64,000 nucleotides of DNA from Sminthopsis crassicaudata (taxonomy: Eukaryota). A model generated the notes under the pieces. The model had not been told where the DNA came from. It worked only from the letters and a program-made list of their open reading frames with translations, and did no database searches. Each line of letters opens with the position of its first letter. Within the stretch, counting starts at the first letter, position 1. Position numbers and translations under genes: made by a program. Location of the stretch: the NCBI RefSeq assembly GCF_048593235.1, contig NC_133620.1, forward strand, positions 464,223,261 through 464,287,260, in the 5' to 3' direction. Shown piece after piece: positions 30,302-44,700 of the stretch.

Positions 30302-32669
30302 CTATTTGAAATACACTTTGTTGTTGTGTGAGTGCTTTGGTTTTTTTCCGTTTCTCTGACAGAAGGCTGGCTAATCAGGGCCTGAAGCTCTGGCACTCCC
30401 TGAAAAGGTGATTGAAAGAATTGAAAGATTAAAAGAAAGGAAGGGATCTCAGATGGCATCTAGTACAATTGCCCTGGTGGAAAATTAGGAAACTGACTTT
30501 TACCCCCCTATTTAAGTGACTAGTCTGAGGTCACACAAGTAGTGAGGCAGCTGGGAGACTCCATGAGTGAGAGAGTACCAGATAGGGTATTCCAGAAGGA
30601 TTCATATCTCTTGGTCTTGGGCTCTCTGAACACCAGGGAGGAGCCCAGCTTCCCTGCCTCTGAGGAGTCAAGATAAATGGGGGGATTCCATTTCCGCTGG
30701 AAGCTTCTGTAGATGGTACAAGGATCTCACTGCAAAGACTTTTTTTTGGTCAGCCTTTCAAGATTTCCCACTGGGGAGCCGATGAGTTAGGCTATTATTT
30801 AGTTATGCTAAACCAGCACAATTAGGATTAAGGAAAACAGAATTTAAAACTAGAAGGGACCTCAGAGATAACTTAATTAAGTCAACCCCCTTTGTTTGGC
30901 TCCAAGTGGAGGCTGAGGGACTGCTCTGGAGCCACATGAGGCTCCTCTCAGACATGACTGAGCCTAGATTCTATGGCTATAGTCTTTTCTCACTCAACCT
31001 GCTTCACTAGTCCATCTGGTTCCTTATAATTGTAAATATATCACAATTTAAAAACAAATTACTTCTTTCTGATAAACATTTTCCTATTTTCCATCTTTCT
31101 TGGGAAGAGAATGAGAATTTCTGCCTTCAAAGAGGCTGTTTGTCCCTTTTGGGAGGCCTCATTTCTCCACCTTCGTAACACTTTAGAAAGCCTAGCTTGG
31201 ACCATTGCTCTGAAGACCAAAAAAAGGTCACAGACATACTGGAGAATGAGAAAGCATTTATTAAGTGCTGGCCGTGTGCAAATTGTCCTGCTGAAAGCTT
31301 GGGAGGAAGAGACTACCCCACCTCCTAGGGAGCTCACATTCTAATGAGGGATATAATATTTCACTTGCAAGTCAGAAAGAAGGCTCCCATCGTCCTTTGG
31401 ATGGATCTTTAATGTTCTTATTAAATCCGATTAGTTTTTGCTACTGAACTAATTGACAATGCCAAGGATTTTGGTGGAGTGAAATTGTTTTGGATCTCCA
31501 AGAGCTGGGGCCGCAGTGCTTGCCGGAGTCATTGCCAGTTGGCATCTGGGTGGAAGTTATTTACCCAAACATGGCCTTGGGGAGGTTGGGCTAGAAGTGG
31601 GACCTGTGCTTTTGGAGAGGTTCTTGCCAAGGCTTCTTGGGCTGACCTACCTGTCCATGGCATTTAGGGGGTACAGAAGATGGTCCCTTCTCCACGGTGC
31701 TTCCTCCCTTCCATGAAGGCTGTGGGGGCCAGATGAGAAGCAGACCCATGTTTCTGCCAGGGCTCTAGGCTCTGTCCCTTGGGATCTGAGGGGAGGTAGA
31801 AGTGGTTGAATTTGCCCAGCATAAGCCCTCTCCTGGCTCTAAGCATCTTTCAGGTTCAAAGAGTTGTACCCCAAAGTGGAAAAGATGATGTTGAGGCCTT
31901 TCCACAGTGCAGTCCAGGCAGGTAAAGGACCAACCTCCACCTTCACAAAGTCCCTGGATTAATCCTTGCCTTAGGACATCCCATAAAGTCAGGGAAATGC
32001 TAAAGGAAGTAAGCAGCTTTGGTGGGAGCTGGATCTATACTGAATCTTGAACTAGTCTAGGAAGCAAGGAAGCACTTGGATACTCTGGGTAGCTGATGTA
32101 TCCTTGTGTTTTTCAGTTAATTCTGTGATCCATTTGAGGTTTTCTTGGCAGAGATAAACCACTGTAGTGGTTTATCATTCTCCAATTCATTTGACAATTG
32201 AGTAAATAGGCCCAGAGGGATTTGCCCAGTCACATAGGCACTATCAGTAGCAAAGCTGGGGTTTCCAAATCATCCAGACTCATCCAACCCTCTTTCCACT
32301 GCACTATCCAAAGTTGTCCTGGTTTTCACCATCTCTTTTAAAAGCAAAGTGGTGAAGGAGAAGTTCAGAGAAGATACGAAGGAACCACCATTGATCAGTT
32401 AGGAAAAGAAATCTTTGAGGCTCTCACTTTGTATGACACTAAGTGGGCATGTCTGAATCCCTGGGCATACAGACACAAGGTCTTCCCCCAGGGAACCCTA
32501 GAGAAGAATGCTTGTGGTGTGGGATGGCGGAGTCTGTGTATTGGATTAATACAAATTACTTATAAAATTAGACATTCCCTAGCCAAATTCCTCAAAAGTA
32601 ATACTAATTCTGATAAATGACGAGTACTTATAGGCACAAGACATTTTTGGATAAGTTGTTTTGGGATTT

Positions 32670-33610
32670 TTTAAAAAACAGCTTTTTATTTTTCAAAATT
32701 ACGTGCAAAGAGTTTTCAACATTCACATTTGCAAAACTTTGTATTCCAAATTTTTCTCCATCCCCTCCCTCTCCTAGACAGCAAGCAATCTGATATAGAT
32801 TAGACAAGTGCAATGTCCTCTAAATGTATTTCCACATTTGTCATGCTGTGCAAGAAAAATCTGATCAAGAGAGGGGGGAAACCAAGGAAACTAAAAACAA
32901 AAAAAAGTTGAAAATAGTATACTTTGATCTACATTCAGTCTCCATAGTTTTCTCTCTGGATGTGATTGGCATTTTCCATCCCAATTCTATTGGAATTGCT
33001 TTGAATCAGTCATTGTTGAAAAGAGCTGTGTCCATCAGAGTTGATCATGACATTATTTTGTTGTTGCTGTACACAATGTTCTCTTGGTTCTACTCACTTC
33101 ACTTAACATCAGTTCCTGTAAGTTTCTGCAGGCCTTTCTGAAATCCTGATGATCATTTTTTATAGAATAATATCCCCTTACATTCATAAACCATAACTGA
33201 TGGGCATCCACTCAGTTTCCAGTTTCTTGCCACATCAAAAAAGGCTGGTACAAACATTATTGCACATGGGGATACTTTTCCCTCTTTTATGATCTCTTGG
33301 GGATATAGACCCAGGAGTAGCATTAAAGGATCAAAGAGTATGCATAGTTTAATAGCCCTTTGGGCAGTTCCAAATTGTTCTCCAGAATGGTTAAATCAGT
33401 TCACAACTCCACCAACAATGTATTAGTGCCCCAGTTTTCCTACGTTCCCTCCAACATTTATCATTTTTTTCCTGTCATCTTAGCCAGTCTGAGGGGTGTG
33501 AAGTGGTACCTCAAAATTGGCTTAATTTGCATTTCTCTAATCAGTAGTGATTAAGGGCATTGTTTCTTATGACTAGAAATGACTTTAATTTCTTTGACAA
33601 TTGTTTGTTC
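32670..33610 (-). mobile_element. LINE-1 3' fragment
   Basis: Reverse complement of the L1 ORF2 end/3' UTR (gatgggcatccactcagtttccagtttcttgccac...; gggcagttccaaattgttctccagaatgg). Bounds approximate. Confidence 0.85.
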
Positions 33611-36600
33611 ATATTGGATACTAAGTTGTACTAGTTGGGTACAGTCAAAAGCAAATGCTTTTTTAGCATTTAGGATATCTAAAAGGCACAGCAGATGGAG
33701 GCCTAGCCCTGGATTTAGGAAGACCTAAGTTAAAATCAACCTGACCCTAGTGACTCTGGGCAAGTCACTTACCCTGTTTGCCCCAGTTTTTTTATCTGCA
33801 AAATAGGGGAAATAGCACATATCTCCCAAGATTCTTGTGAGGATCAAATAAAGCGCTTGGCACATAGTAATAACAAACACAAGATAAACATTTGCTATTA
33901 CAGTGTCAGCACTATACAAAGAAAGAAAATGCCCTAATTCTGTGATAGTTGAAAAGTTATGGAGAACAGAAATCTTTACAATTATTGTTTTTATTCAATT
34001 GTATCCAACTCTTTGTGTACCTACTTGGGGTTGGAAAAAATCCTGATGTATTGCTTCCTTTCTAGCTCATTTGACAGGTGAATAAACTAAGGCAGATAGA
34101 ATTAAGTGACTTACTTAGGATGACACAACTAGTAAGTGTCTGAGGTCAAAATTGAATTTAGGAAAAAAAGAGTCTTCTGACTTCAGGCCCAGTACTCTAT
34201 CCGCTGTACCACTTAGCCATCAAAAATCTTTTTTGCCCATACACACAAATATGTATAATCATATACATATCTACTACATATGTATACACATATGATTTTA
34301 ATCTTGTCTTTTAAAGGTTCTCTTTGAGGACAAAAACTTTTATATTCCTAATGCTTAGAATAGTATTTTGCACAATAGTTCCTTGCACACAACAGACATT
34401 TAATAAATACTTCTGTAATTACATTGCATTGATATCATGCCATGTAATCTGCTTGTTTGATTTCTGTTTATCTTTTTGCTTTTCCAGATCTGAATTTTTA
34501 TTCACATTCTTCCCTGTCTGGGATGCCTTCCAATCCCTACCCGTTATTATTATTTTTTTTTGAGTGGGGAGAGAAAGGGAAGTCAATTGGGGATAAATGA
34601 CTTGCCCAGGGTCACAAAGCTAGTGAGTGTTCAAGTGTTTGAGTCTGGATTTGAACTCAGCTCCCTGACTCGTCTCATTTTACAAATGAGAAAACTGTAG
34701 CTGTAATTGAAGGACTTGGCAAAGGTAGGATCCAAACCAAGTTATTTTCTTCCTTCCTGTTTAGAGCTTTTTCCACTATACTAACTACTGTATTACCCTA
34801 TTAAAATGTAAATATTACTCTAGGGTTAATTTTATTTAAACTATCTTCCCTTTATTCTGCACAAAGTAAAGATTTATAATAAATGCCTGTGGAATAGAAA
34901 AATCCATTTTTTTTTTAAGTAAGTCATCATCATGCTGATGACCCTGGTGTTATGGTGACTGTGAAGTCTTGAATGTTCTGCCAGTAAAGCTCAGGCGCCA
35001 GCAACTCTTACTCATCTGGAATAATTTCCAAGTCTGACCCACTGATAACTGAATGTCTGCTGGTTCTGACAGCTTCCCTGAGTTTAGAACATGGTAGTGG
35101 CCAGCTGAAGACAAATCAAGGAGAGGTTGTGCAAAACAAAGGCAGATCCTGCTCATCCATGAAACTACATCCTTGACATTCTTGGCAAGGCCCTGAAATA
35201 GGCTACAGGGCCATCCACAAGCCTCTTTCCCACCTGGATACACTCCTTTTGGACTCTGACTTTATTCACCGTGTTCTCTCACCACTGGGAAATATCCAGC
35301 AAGATCCAATCAATCTTGTTTTTCATGCTTCTTCAGAACCCTCTTCTGATTGGAAGACTACAAATTCTTCAAGCTCCATTTAAGGGGACACTGAGCAGAC
35401 AGTTCATTTCCTACCTGAGCTATATTTATATGGGTGTTTTCCATCATGCCCCTTGTCTTCCCTTTTTTTATCTTTCATGTTTTGTCTTCACTGGATTGTA
35501 AGCTTGAGAGCAGTGACTTTTTTGTTCATGTTTTACCCCTAGTGGTTAGCATAGTGCCTGGCACATAATAGGCATTCTGTTCCAGTTGCTAAGGAGTCTG
35601 TCTATTCCGTCTTGTTCTGTACTCTTCCATCTTGTGCCTCTGTCCTTCCTGCTTTTCCCCTTTCCTAGAATACATTTCATTGCTGAAACTGGATTGGCTA
35701 ATTCAATTCAATACTAACTATAAACCCAGCAATCTAAACTATGGCAGATTGCCTCTCAAAGAGGCCAAAAAAAAAAAAAAAAAAAAAAAAATTAAAAAAA
35801 AATGCCCACACTCCTATTTTAGTTCTTATCATGGGGTCCAACACAATTAAGGATCTCTTTATTCCAGCAGATTAGCTAGCTCTAGGTATCTCTTTAGAGT
35901 CTTCTGCTTCAGCCCAATTCCCAGGAATAATGTGACCACTTTTCATCCCAGTTCTGTAGATTCTTAAACTCTTGCATTAGTAGAGGCCCTTGTGCCCATG
36001 CAAATAGTCCCTGCCCTTTAGTAATTTTATACTCCAAGATGAGACTAGGATCTAGGAAACTAAATAACTGGATTAGGTCAAATAGCAGGGTTCATGTTAA
36101 TGATTTAAGTATTTAGTTACATTGGTCTCTATATACTTGGCTGTGCTCCCAACTCAGTGTTCCTAACTTGTCCTGACTGCTCCCAAATGAATATCATGGA
36201 ACATCACTTTCAAAGGAGTGGACAGAAGAGGGTTTATAGACTTTGAGGAGAGTGAAAAGGAGAGGGAAGGCCTGCTGAGTCTCTCCTGATCTTAATACCA
36301 GTGCCTTCCCTCTACTGATTATCTCCCCTGTACCCTGTATTCTTATTTAGCTTTTTCTTTGTCATTGACTGGCACTCTTTGAAAGGCACAGTTGGCCCAA
36401 AACGTGCTTTTCTAGCGGACATAAAGTGCTCCGGAGTGGAATGGGCCTGGTGTCTGGCTACTTCTTGGGGAGTTAAAAGTGATGCAGAAAGTAGGACTGC
36501 TGAGTAGCATCTGGTTAAGGAAAGCTCTGAAAGCTAGGTCATTATCCCCTAAGGCTAAGGTGAACCAATGGGAAGTTTCAGAGTAGCCTCGGGAAAGGAA

Positions 36601-36669
36601 GTTGCCTCAATTTAATAGCTCAATTAGATTTTAACCATCTATTGCTTATGAAAAAAAAAAAAGCTGGGG

Positions 36670-36990
36670 TTGTTGAAGGGGACCATGAATTCAGGAAGGT
36701 GAAGCCATGACATTCAAATGAATTAGATTTAAGGGCTGTGCAAGGTCACCTGCTCACTTTCCCCTCCAGAGCCATCAAGGTCTATGGCCAGGATGATTGG
36801 AGATGGCCCTGAAGCAGAGGGAGAAGTTAGTCTTTTTAAGTTAAGGTCTGTAACCCGTCAAAGTCAGACTAAGACCACACCCCATTCAGTGATTAAGGCT
36901 AAATACCAATTAAAGAGTGGCCTTTTTCACCTAGCCTTTAAATGAATAAACTTGGGAGGGGAAGACCCTCAGGATTCTTGGCCAAAATAG
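36670..36990 (-). mobile_element. RTE-mobilised marsupial SINE (WALLSI/RTESINE-like)
   Basis: gaaggggaccatgaattcaggaaggtgaagccatgacattcaaatgaattagattt...ggagatggccctg...cccattcagtgattaaggct. Family assignment is from memory. Confidence 0.55.
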
Positions 36991-38999
36991 TGCCCTGCCC
37001 TATCCCTAATTCTTAGAAGTCAAATTTTAGAAACAAAGTCCTTTACTATGTCCGAGAACAGGAAAGCTTCTCTTTCCCAAAAGTAGACTCATCTTGGCCA
37101 GAAATTGCCTCAGAAGCAGTCCTCTGCCCACTGAAAAGAAAATTTGGCTTAACCCCAAAGTCACACTGCTAAGTCTGGTTGGAGTCAAAGGATCTTAGGG
37201 ACCTGATCTCATGACAACACACCACCACCCACTTTGGGCCTCAGTTTCCTCATCTATTAAAAATAAGGGTATATTGAATTCAATGGTCTCCGAGGTATCT
37301 TCCAACACCAAATCCACCTTGTGGATGAAGTTCATTAATGATCAACAAAGTTGGCTCACTAGGAAGAAATTGATCTTTTTTTTAAACATCAAAATTGGTT
37401 TCCTCGCCTCAAACCTCTTCCCCTTTCCATGCATCGTCCAGTATGATGACAGTGATTTCCCAAACTTAGGTCTGATACTCGAGTCACCGCTCTTTCCGGG
37501 GCTCAATCTTCAATGGCTTACCATTATTACCAGGGTTATACTCAACTCCTCTCCACACAATCCAATCCTGGGCCCACGGGCCGTTTCTTCACATAACTCT
37601 CTATTCTCAGGCTCCATCCCTTTGCACTGGCGGCCTTTTCGGTTCTGGAATATTTCTCTCCTCTTCACCTCCAAGACTTACCTCAAATTCCGCCTTCTGC
37701 AGGTAGCTTTTCCTGGTCCCCAATGCTTTCCCTTAGAAGTTAACTTCCATTTATGTTTATGTCTTACTTGTACACAGTTGATTCTTGGTTTTCTCCCTGC
37801 ATTATAGAATGTCTGCCCTTTGGGGGCAGGAATCCCAATTTGGGCCTTTCTTGAATATCCTGAGAGCTTAGATCTGTGTAAGGGACAATGTAAACTCTGG
37901 AGGGATGACTGGCTGACCTTTAAAACCAGAATAAATGTCAGCTATTGTTTGGAGTATTTAGCATTATAAAGCTCTTTTAAAAAGTTCAAATAAGTGATCC
38001 ATCATGCTTACATTCGCTTTTCTTGTCCCTAGGGCTTAACAGTTTGAGTTTTGTTTTGCTTTTGAGGTTCCTCCAATAAAGCCGGCAGATTTGCAGACTT
38101 TTAGCCTGCAAAAAAGAAAACTTTGAATCCCAACTCTCCTGATCCTTTAGATTACATCCTAGAGATCTGAGAATTTAAAAAGCTGTCCCAGTGAAGGGAA
38201 TTGATTTTCCTAAGTTTGAGTCTAAAAGTAAAAGCAGCTGTGGCAGAGACAGATTTATGTTTGAAGTAAGCAAATGAGGTCTTAAACTAAGGTTCCAGTT
38301 TCTAGGTGAGATGGACTTGCTAGGGGGAACCTCGGCCTGCTAGGGCCCAGGGGCTGGGGAGGAGAAGGTTCTGGCTCTCGTGCTTTAACACCTCTGAGGA
38401 GTTCTTTCCTTCCAGGGTGGAGAAGCTGTCCCCGTGCAGATTAGTATTGCTAGTGGTTCTGGCTGACTACAAACATTAGCCTGTTTTTACCCAGTTACTT
38501 ACCTAGAATCCAGCACTGAATAAGAATCTATTCTTTACCAAACCCTCTGCTACACACTGGAAAGAACAAAACCAAAATGGCCACAGCCTCCCCAAGAGAT
38601 CACGTTTAATCCAGGGCTATCGGGAGAGCTGGCTCCCTGCTGGGAGTCTGCAGCTAGGCTAACAAAACGGACGCAGATATGGACAGGCTGCTCCAAATCA
38701 TGTTCTAGAGTCTAGAGTTTTCTGGCAAGTTGGTGTGGGTCTGGTTATTTTTTCCCTCCCTCCCTCAGAGTGTACTCGGACATGGCAGAGGTGGGTGGGG
38801 GCGGGGGACACTCCTGACAAACATTTTACTGAGTGTGGCAGCAGAGGCCCGGGTTGACAAGACTGCCTTGGGGTACTAGATGTGGGCCTTCGGAGGTTTG
38901 TCTTTTTTTTTTTTTTTTTTTCTATCCGTAAAATGGGAGAATAAGAGCACAGGATGGTGAGGATCGAATACTGTCCTAGTAAAAAAGGGCTGAGGGAAG

Positions 39000-41720
39000 G
39001 CGCAAAGCCCCCGGGGATATTGGAGGGAGGAGGCAGGCTCGATTTAGCCGAGGCTGGGGCTCTGCCTCCCTTCCCTACCGAGCCTGCACTCAGACTGAGG
39101 GGCCAGAACAGCGGGTTCGCCCCTCATCTTACACACGGGGCCAGGACTCCGATTCTGGACTTTATCCAGATGCTCGCAGACTCCCTCCAAGAGTCACAAA
39201 ACGAAAGTTGGTGAGAAGGGTGGTTCCGAGCAGTCACTGAGCCCGGGGGGCCCCGGGATGGGGGGTGGGACACCCCGACACTGTCGGCCCCCCAACACCC
39301 CAGTGCCACTGGGGTCCTGCGCTGCTCCGAGTACCACCTGGAGGCGGGAGCAGGATGCGAGCACCCTCCCTCCCCCCGGTCTGGTCATCCTCTCTTTTTG
39401 GGGGTGATCCTTCAGGTCCCCAGAGCGCCGTCTGGCCTTTCCCAGATGCACTGAACCTTCTAAGGAGCCCTAGCTCTGGAATGTGTCCGCGGGGCATTTT
39501 GGAGGAGAAAGGAGGGGCCCGGGTCCGGGGTCCCGGGAGCCGAGCCCCAGAGTTTGTGGCCAAGGGGACGCCTTGGGGTCTCCCATAACAAAAGGGGGCT
39601 CCCCCGGCTCGGAGGACGGAGAGAACGGGCTTTGTTCCCTTTAACGGTAATCCTCCCAAGGGCCCCCCAGGGAGCGACTGCAGGCGGCCTTTGGAGCCCT
39701 GGGACGCTCGGCCCCTCCGGGCCCTGACGCCTCTAACTGGGCCTTGGCCTTGGCCCATGGCACCCTCCCGGGGTGTGGCCCCGCGCCTCCCGCCGCGCGC
39801 GGCTCCTTTAAGACGGGGGCGGGGCCCAGGAGGAAAGACAAAGCCCCCGGACGCGCGCGCCCCGCCCCCCTCCCCTCCGGCGCACGGACCGTAGTGCCCG
39901 GATGTCGGTGTCGCCGTCGGTGACAGATGGCGCAGTGTCCGTAAGGAGGGGATTCTCCTGCTTGACCCCTCCGCCGACCCTCTCCCCCTCACTTAGCCCC
40001 CGACTCCGCTGGTCACCCACTGCCTCCCACCCTCATTGGCGCCCTCCCTCCCTCCGAAAACCGAGAGCCGGCGTCCAGCGCTTACATAACTTGACCTTTC
40101 ACCTCTTCACACTGCCCTCTATTGCGCCGCAGCCCAACTACCCGGCAGGAGCCGAGGAGGGGCGGGGCCTTCGAGAGCTGAGCGACGGTCAGCGGGAACC
40201 AATCAGGCGCGAGCGCCGGCTGGCTCTCCGCCTATTGCGGCCGTCGCCAGAAGCGCCACGGGGGAGCAAGTTAGTGTGAGCGCCGGACGGGCGGGGGGAG
40301 GAGGGCAATCTCCCGCCATTTTTCAATAATTTCCTCCGGGGCTGCCGAGGAGTCGCGGCGAACGCTGGATTCCGGGGCTTTGGGCCGAGCTCCGCGGGAG
40401 GCCGGCAGACGCCAGGGAAGAGCGGCGGCGACGGAGGTGACGGCGGCGGCGTGGGGCAGAGCTCCTCGTTCCCTTCCCGAGGGTCCTTTCCACGGCGGCC
40501 TCCGCGCCGGCGGGACTAGAGCGACGAGAGTCGGGGCTCCCGCCTCCCCCCGCCCCGGAGGGAGGGAGGGAGAGCGAGCGAGCGCGCGCAGGAGAGCGCG
40601 CGAGAGCAGCTCGCGCCGGGCCGAGAGCTAGGCCCAGCGTCGCGCGCCGGCCGGGGCTCGCGGAGCAGCCGCCCCCTCCCTCGCCCTGCGCTCCTGTCCC
40701 TTCTCCCCTCCCCCCCGGGCCGGCCTCGGTCCCGCTCCGGCTCGGGCCGGGCCCGGCTCCTGCCGCCGCGATGGCGCCGCTGCTGGGCCGCAAGCCCTTC
40801 CCGCTGGTGAAGCCGCTGCCCGGAGAGGAGCCGCTCTTCGTCATCCCGCACACGCAGGAGGCCTTCCGGACCCGGGAGTATCCTTTGGGGCCTGGTTCTT
40901 GGGCGGCGGGGGCGGCTGTCAGTGGGGTCGGGGGGCGGGCGCGGCCTCGCGGGGCCGGGGGACCTGGCGGGAGCAAAGTGCGCTCGGGTGGAGCCTGGAG
41001 CTTCGGCCGGGGCCCCGGGGAGGGGGCGGGAGGACCACGCGGCGGCCCCGAGGCCGCTTCCTCCTAGTTCTCGGCGCCGCCGCCACTGGCCATTGTTGTC
41101 AGCGCCCCCGGCCCGGGCCCCCTCCAAGTTTGTCCTCCGGGGTACTCCGGTGACACTTGTCCCGCCGCAGCTCTAACAAAGGCCGGGGTCCCGCCGACCC
41201 TTCCGGGCCCAGGGCTTGAGGGGCACTTGTTCGGCCCGGGAGCCCTCGGGTCACTTTTCTCTTGGAAGTAGTCCGGCGAGGGCGGCCGCCAAAACAAAGG
41301 GCCGTGCCCGGCGCGGCCGAGGCGCAGATAGCGGAGCCGGCCCGGAGCTGGGCAGCCTGGGACTTTCCCCGGTCCCGTCCCCGCCTCGGCGGCGACTCTG
41401 CTGCGGGCTCGGCGCCTCGTTTTGGCCCCCCCGCCTTACTTTCTTGGGCACGGGCTGTCATTGCGAGCCGCGCTCCCCTCTCTGTGAGACAGAACTTAGG
41501 GGCTCCCCCAACCTGTTAGTCTGCTGTTAGTGGTGAGGAAGGCTGGGGGGGCTCGGGAGCCCCGGCCACCCTCGCCAAGTCCGGCGGGGTGCCCTGAGTG
41601 CCGGGCCGGGGTCCGAGGGGGAATGCAGAGACAAGTGGCGTAGCCTTGGCCGTGAGGGCTCTGGTGGTGCTGGGGTCCTAGAGCCGAAGCCTCCCGAAGC
41701 ATTTAATGGGACATGTGCTG
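39000..41720. promoter_or_regulatory. CpG island / promoter of BAZ1B (approximate bounds)
   Basis: GC/CpG-rich. GGGGCGGGG boxes, CCAAT (aaccaatcag ~40197-40206) and YY1-type CCGCCATTTT (40313-40322). Confidence 0.85.
40771..40877 (+). CDS. BAZ1B: BAZ1B coding exon 1
   Basis: MAPLLGRKPF...AFRTR(E); followed by the U12-type donor GTATCCTTT. Confidence 0.96.
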
Positions 41721-44700
41721 AAGCTTAACGTTATGTCTCCTGCCATTATTCTTAAGAAGCCTTTGGACGGGAAGGTTTTAATTGGTTTGCATTTTATAGA
41801 TGAAAAATTGCTCTCTCGTGGATTGCTACAAATGGAAGCTCTTCCAGGGTTTTAAACAATCGATGTCCCCGAGGTCCTTAGTGGTCTCCCGGAAGTGAAT
41901 AAGTCCCTGGGTTGGCTAACAGTGATTGCACATAAATCTCCAGTTCCACATTCAGATTTTTTAGGCTCTGCTACTTTTGGTTTTTAGTTTCTTTACCTGT
42001 TGGTATAGACCACATAGGAAATAGTCCAAAACACTTCATTTATAGCTGTTGTTGGTGTGTGTTGAAATATATAGATGTAGAGCTTTCAGCTTCTTTATAA
42101 TTCAAAAAGATAGTTGTGAATAATGTTCTTCGGTTATATAACTGACTTTTCCTGTCAGTAATGGTGATTTATATGAAATCTAACTCAAATGAGCAGACTA
42201 GGTGTGGTTTGAGACTGAGAATTGTAAAAAAAAAACGCTGATAAGAATCATTCCTGAATTTGAATATGTTGGGTTAGGATTGGGTGTTACTTTGAACTTT
42301 GTATATAAACAAGTTTAGTTTTTCCCGTGGAGCTCGTTAAAATAAACCTGTCAGATTAATTTTCTGGTTATGATCATTTTTTGCTTGGTTTCAGCTGGGG
42401 TTTTTTCTATGCTAAGTAAACATTCAAGTATAAAGCACTTTGCAAACCGTAGACTTTTCCAAGTGTGCATGGAAGCTATAGGAGGCACAAGGAAGGAGCA
42501 AGGACTCTTTGAATGTTAATCTGTAGTTGCACCGCACAAGAATGTGACCCCGGGTTTGTCTTGATGAAAGCTAGGCAGCTGGAGATGGAGTTAAGTTGCA
42601 GTTACCAGCCAGAATTGCACTGGGCAGTTGGAATGCTGAGCTGTTATGGCTTCTCACTTTAATATTTTAATTTATTTGAAGTATAAGATTATGTGAAAGT
42701 GAACTGGGTTAGTGAGAACACAGAAGATAAAAAGACAAATTAGAAATTCTTTTATTTTTCCTCACCATTAATAATGCAGCACTTTATTTTTCTTGCTTTT
42801 CTGTTGCTGGAGGAAATGTCAGTTTCAGCTTTTCTGACTGAGGATAAGGTGTGCTGTGCTTGCCTCTTTCCTTCACTCTCCCTACCCTACTCTTCCCATC
42901 AAGCTTTCTTCTGAAAGAAGCTCAATCACATTACAAGGCTAAGGAGAACAAAGGCTCTTTAACTCCACCCCCCTCGCCCCCCCAAAAGGCTGAGTGGCAG
43001 GAAGGCCAATTGTGGCCTTTCTTAGCATAAATGCACTTAAAAATCATTCTGTATTTAAACCTGTTTCTCACTAGTAGTTACTAAAGGGCTGGGATGTTGC
43101 TGTGAGATTTTGTTTTACTGCCTGTGGAGGAATCACTGAAACATGGCAACTTCAAATTGTGATTTTGTGAGTGGTTTTTGGAAAGGTAGATTTATTTTGG
43201 AAAAATTGAAATCTGAAATAGCTACAGTTTCTGCCAAATGGATATTTTTCTTTCATTTTCATTTTTTCTTCTAGTTCCCCTACTGCTATTAAAGTGAACT
43301 AAAAACAACAACAACAACAACAAAAAGAAACAAACCAAAAACCAAACCTATCAGCCTTGAGACAGGATGTAGCTGAAGTCATTTTGCCCCCCTTCCAAAC
43401 TTTTGGAATACTGGTAGATGTTTTATTTGGTTTTTTATTTAACACTGAATTGATGGAGATTAAATTGCCAAGTAAATGCTTGGCCCCTGGCTTCTATAGC
43501 CTTCTCAGCCTTTCTTTTCAGGATTGTTCCTAGTAACTGCTTTTCTGCCATCCTGGCCTAATTGCTCGATGCTCTTCTGCTCAGGTTCCATCTCCTTGCT
43601 TTAGGCCTTTGCTCTGGCTATTTCCCACTCACCATATTCTAGAACCCCTAGCTTCATTCTCCTAGCAGGAGCACAATTTCTTATGAAAAGAATGCAGTAT
43701 CCCTAAGAGCAGCCATTGTTTGTTTTTTCTTTTACTATGTTTTATTGTTGACATTTTTGTATTTACCAGGCACTTGATGTGTTCAAGTCATGTCCAACTC
43801 TTCATGACCCCATGACCCTGGTGTAGCACACCAAGTCCTTCTAACTTGTAATATGCAGTTCTTTATAGCAATTAGCAGAATAACTTAGTTCCATTCTGGT
43901 AAAGTAGGGATCTTTTATAGGAAGACATGATTGTTTTCTGACAATCTTTAGAAGATATCCCAAAAGAAACTATTAAGGGACCTCTGGCATGTCATACATT
44001 TTTAGCCTTTTGAAATAAGAATTAGTATCTGTGAGGAGGAAAACTTGGACAAATGCACTTCAAGCAGGACCTTCTCATTCCAGTTCTCTTGGTATCTGAG
44101 CCAGATTATAGTTAGCCAACCCAAATTTGGCCTTGTGATTTTTGTAGATTTTTGTAGATTTTTGTCCCATTCCTCAAGAGGTTTTCTTAATCTTTCTAGA
44201 CTTGAGAAAGCTAATCTTTGCCTCCTTCCTCCCCCTCTAGTTTGGCTGCTTGCTTATGTTGAGTTATCAGAATTACCCACCCTTTCCTCTTGCTCTTATT
44301 ATTTCATTAGTATAAGGAATTCCCAGTGAAGAAACTTTTTTTTTTTTTTTTTTTTTCCCCAGCTCAGATCAGTAACTGATCACAGGTTATGATGGCCCTT
44401 ACAGCTTTGAAAGCATAGGTCCATATGAGTCAGACAGAACCTGCCTTGCTCTTTCTTACTCTTGAGGCCTGCTTTCTGTACATACATCATGCTGTGCTAT
44501 TTCTCATAGTAGGGATTATCCTAAATGGATTACCTTATACCTGCCCAGATAAAGCTCACCTACTGTTCTGTTGGAAGCCCTGATCTTTCCTGTTGACTTG
44601 GCCATTTTACTCTCTGAAAATTTTGATGTCATTTGGAGATTTCACTGTACATTGTATCTTTTATTGATGTTTTCTTGTTTTTTTCTTTCTGACTGCCCTT

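Noticed and set aside
34930-35420. Non-repetitive-looking block considered as a processed pseudogene
   Set aside because: All frames checked contain stops and no recognisable protein; no polyA/TSD structure.
37211-37807. 198-aa ORF
   Set aside because: Begins in a MIR and continues through an L2-like relic; no coherent protein signature.
39234-41530. Long ORFs (252, 217, 203 aa, etc.) around the BAZ1B promoter
   Set aside because: Stop-poor GC-rich sequence with no recognisable homology; 40771-41067 is just exon 1 read into intron 1.
44139-44165. Tandem 10-bp duplication (tttttgtaga)
   Set aside because: Simple slippage duplication in an intron; no functional signal.
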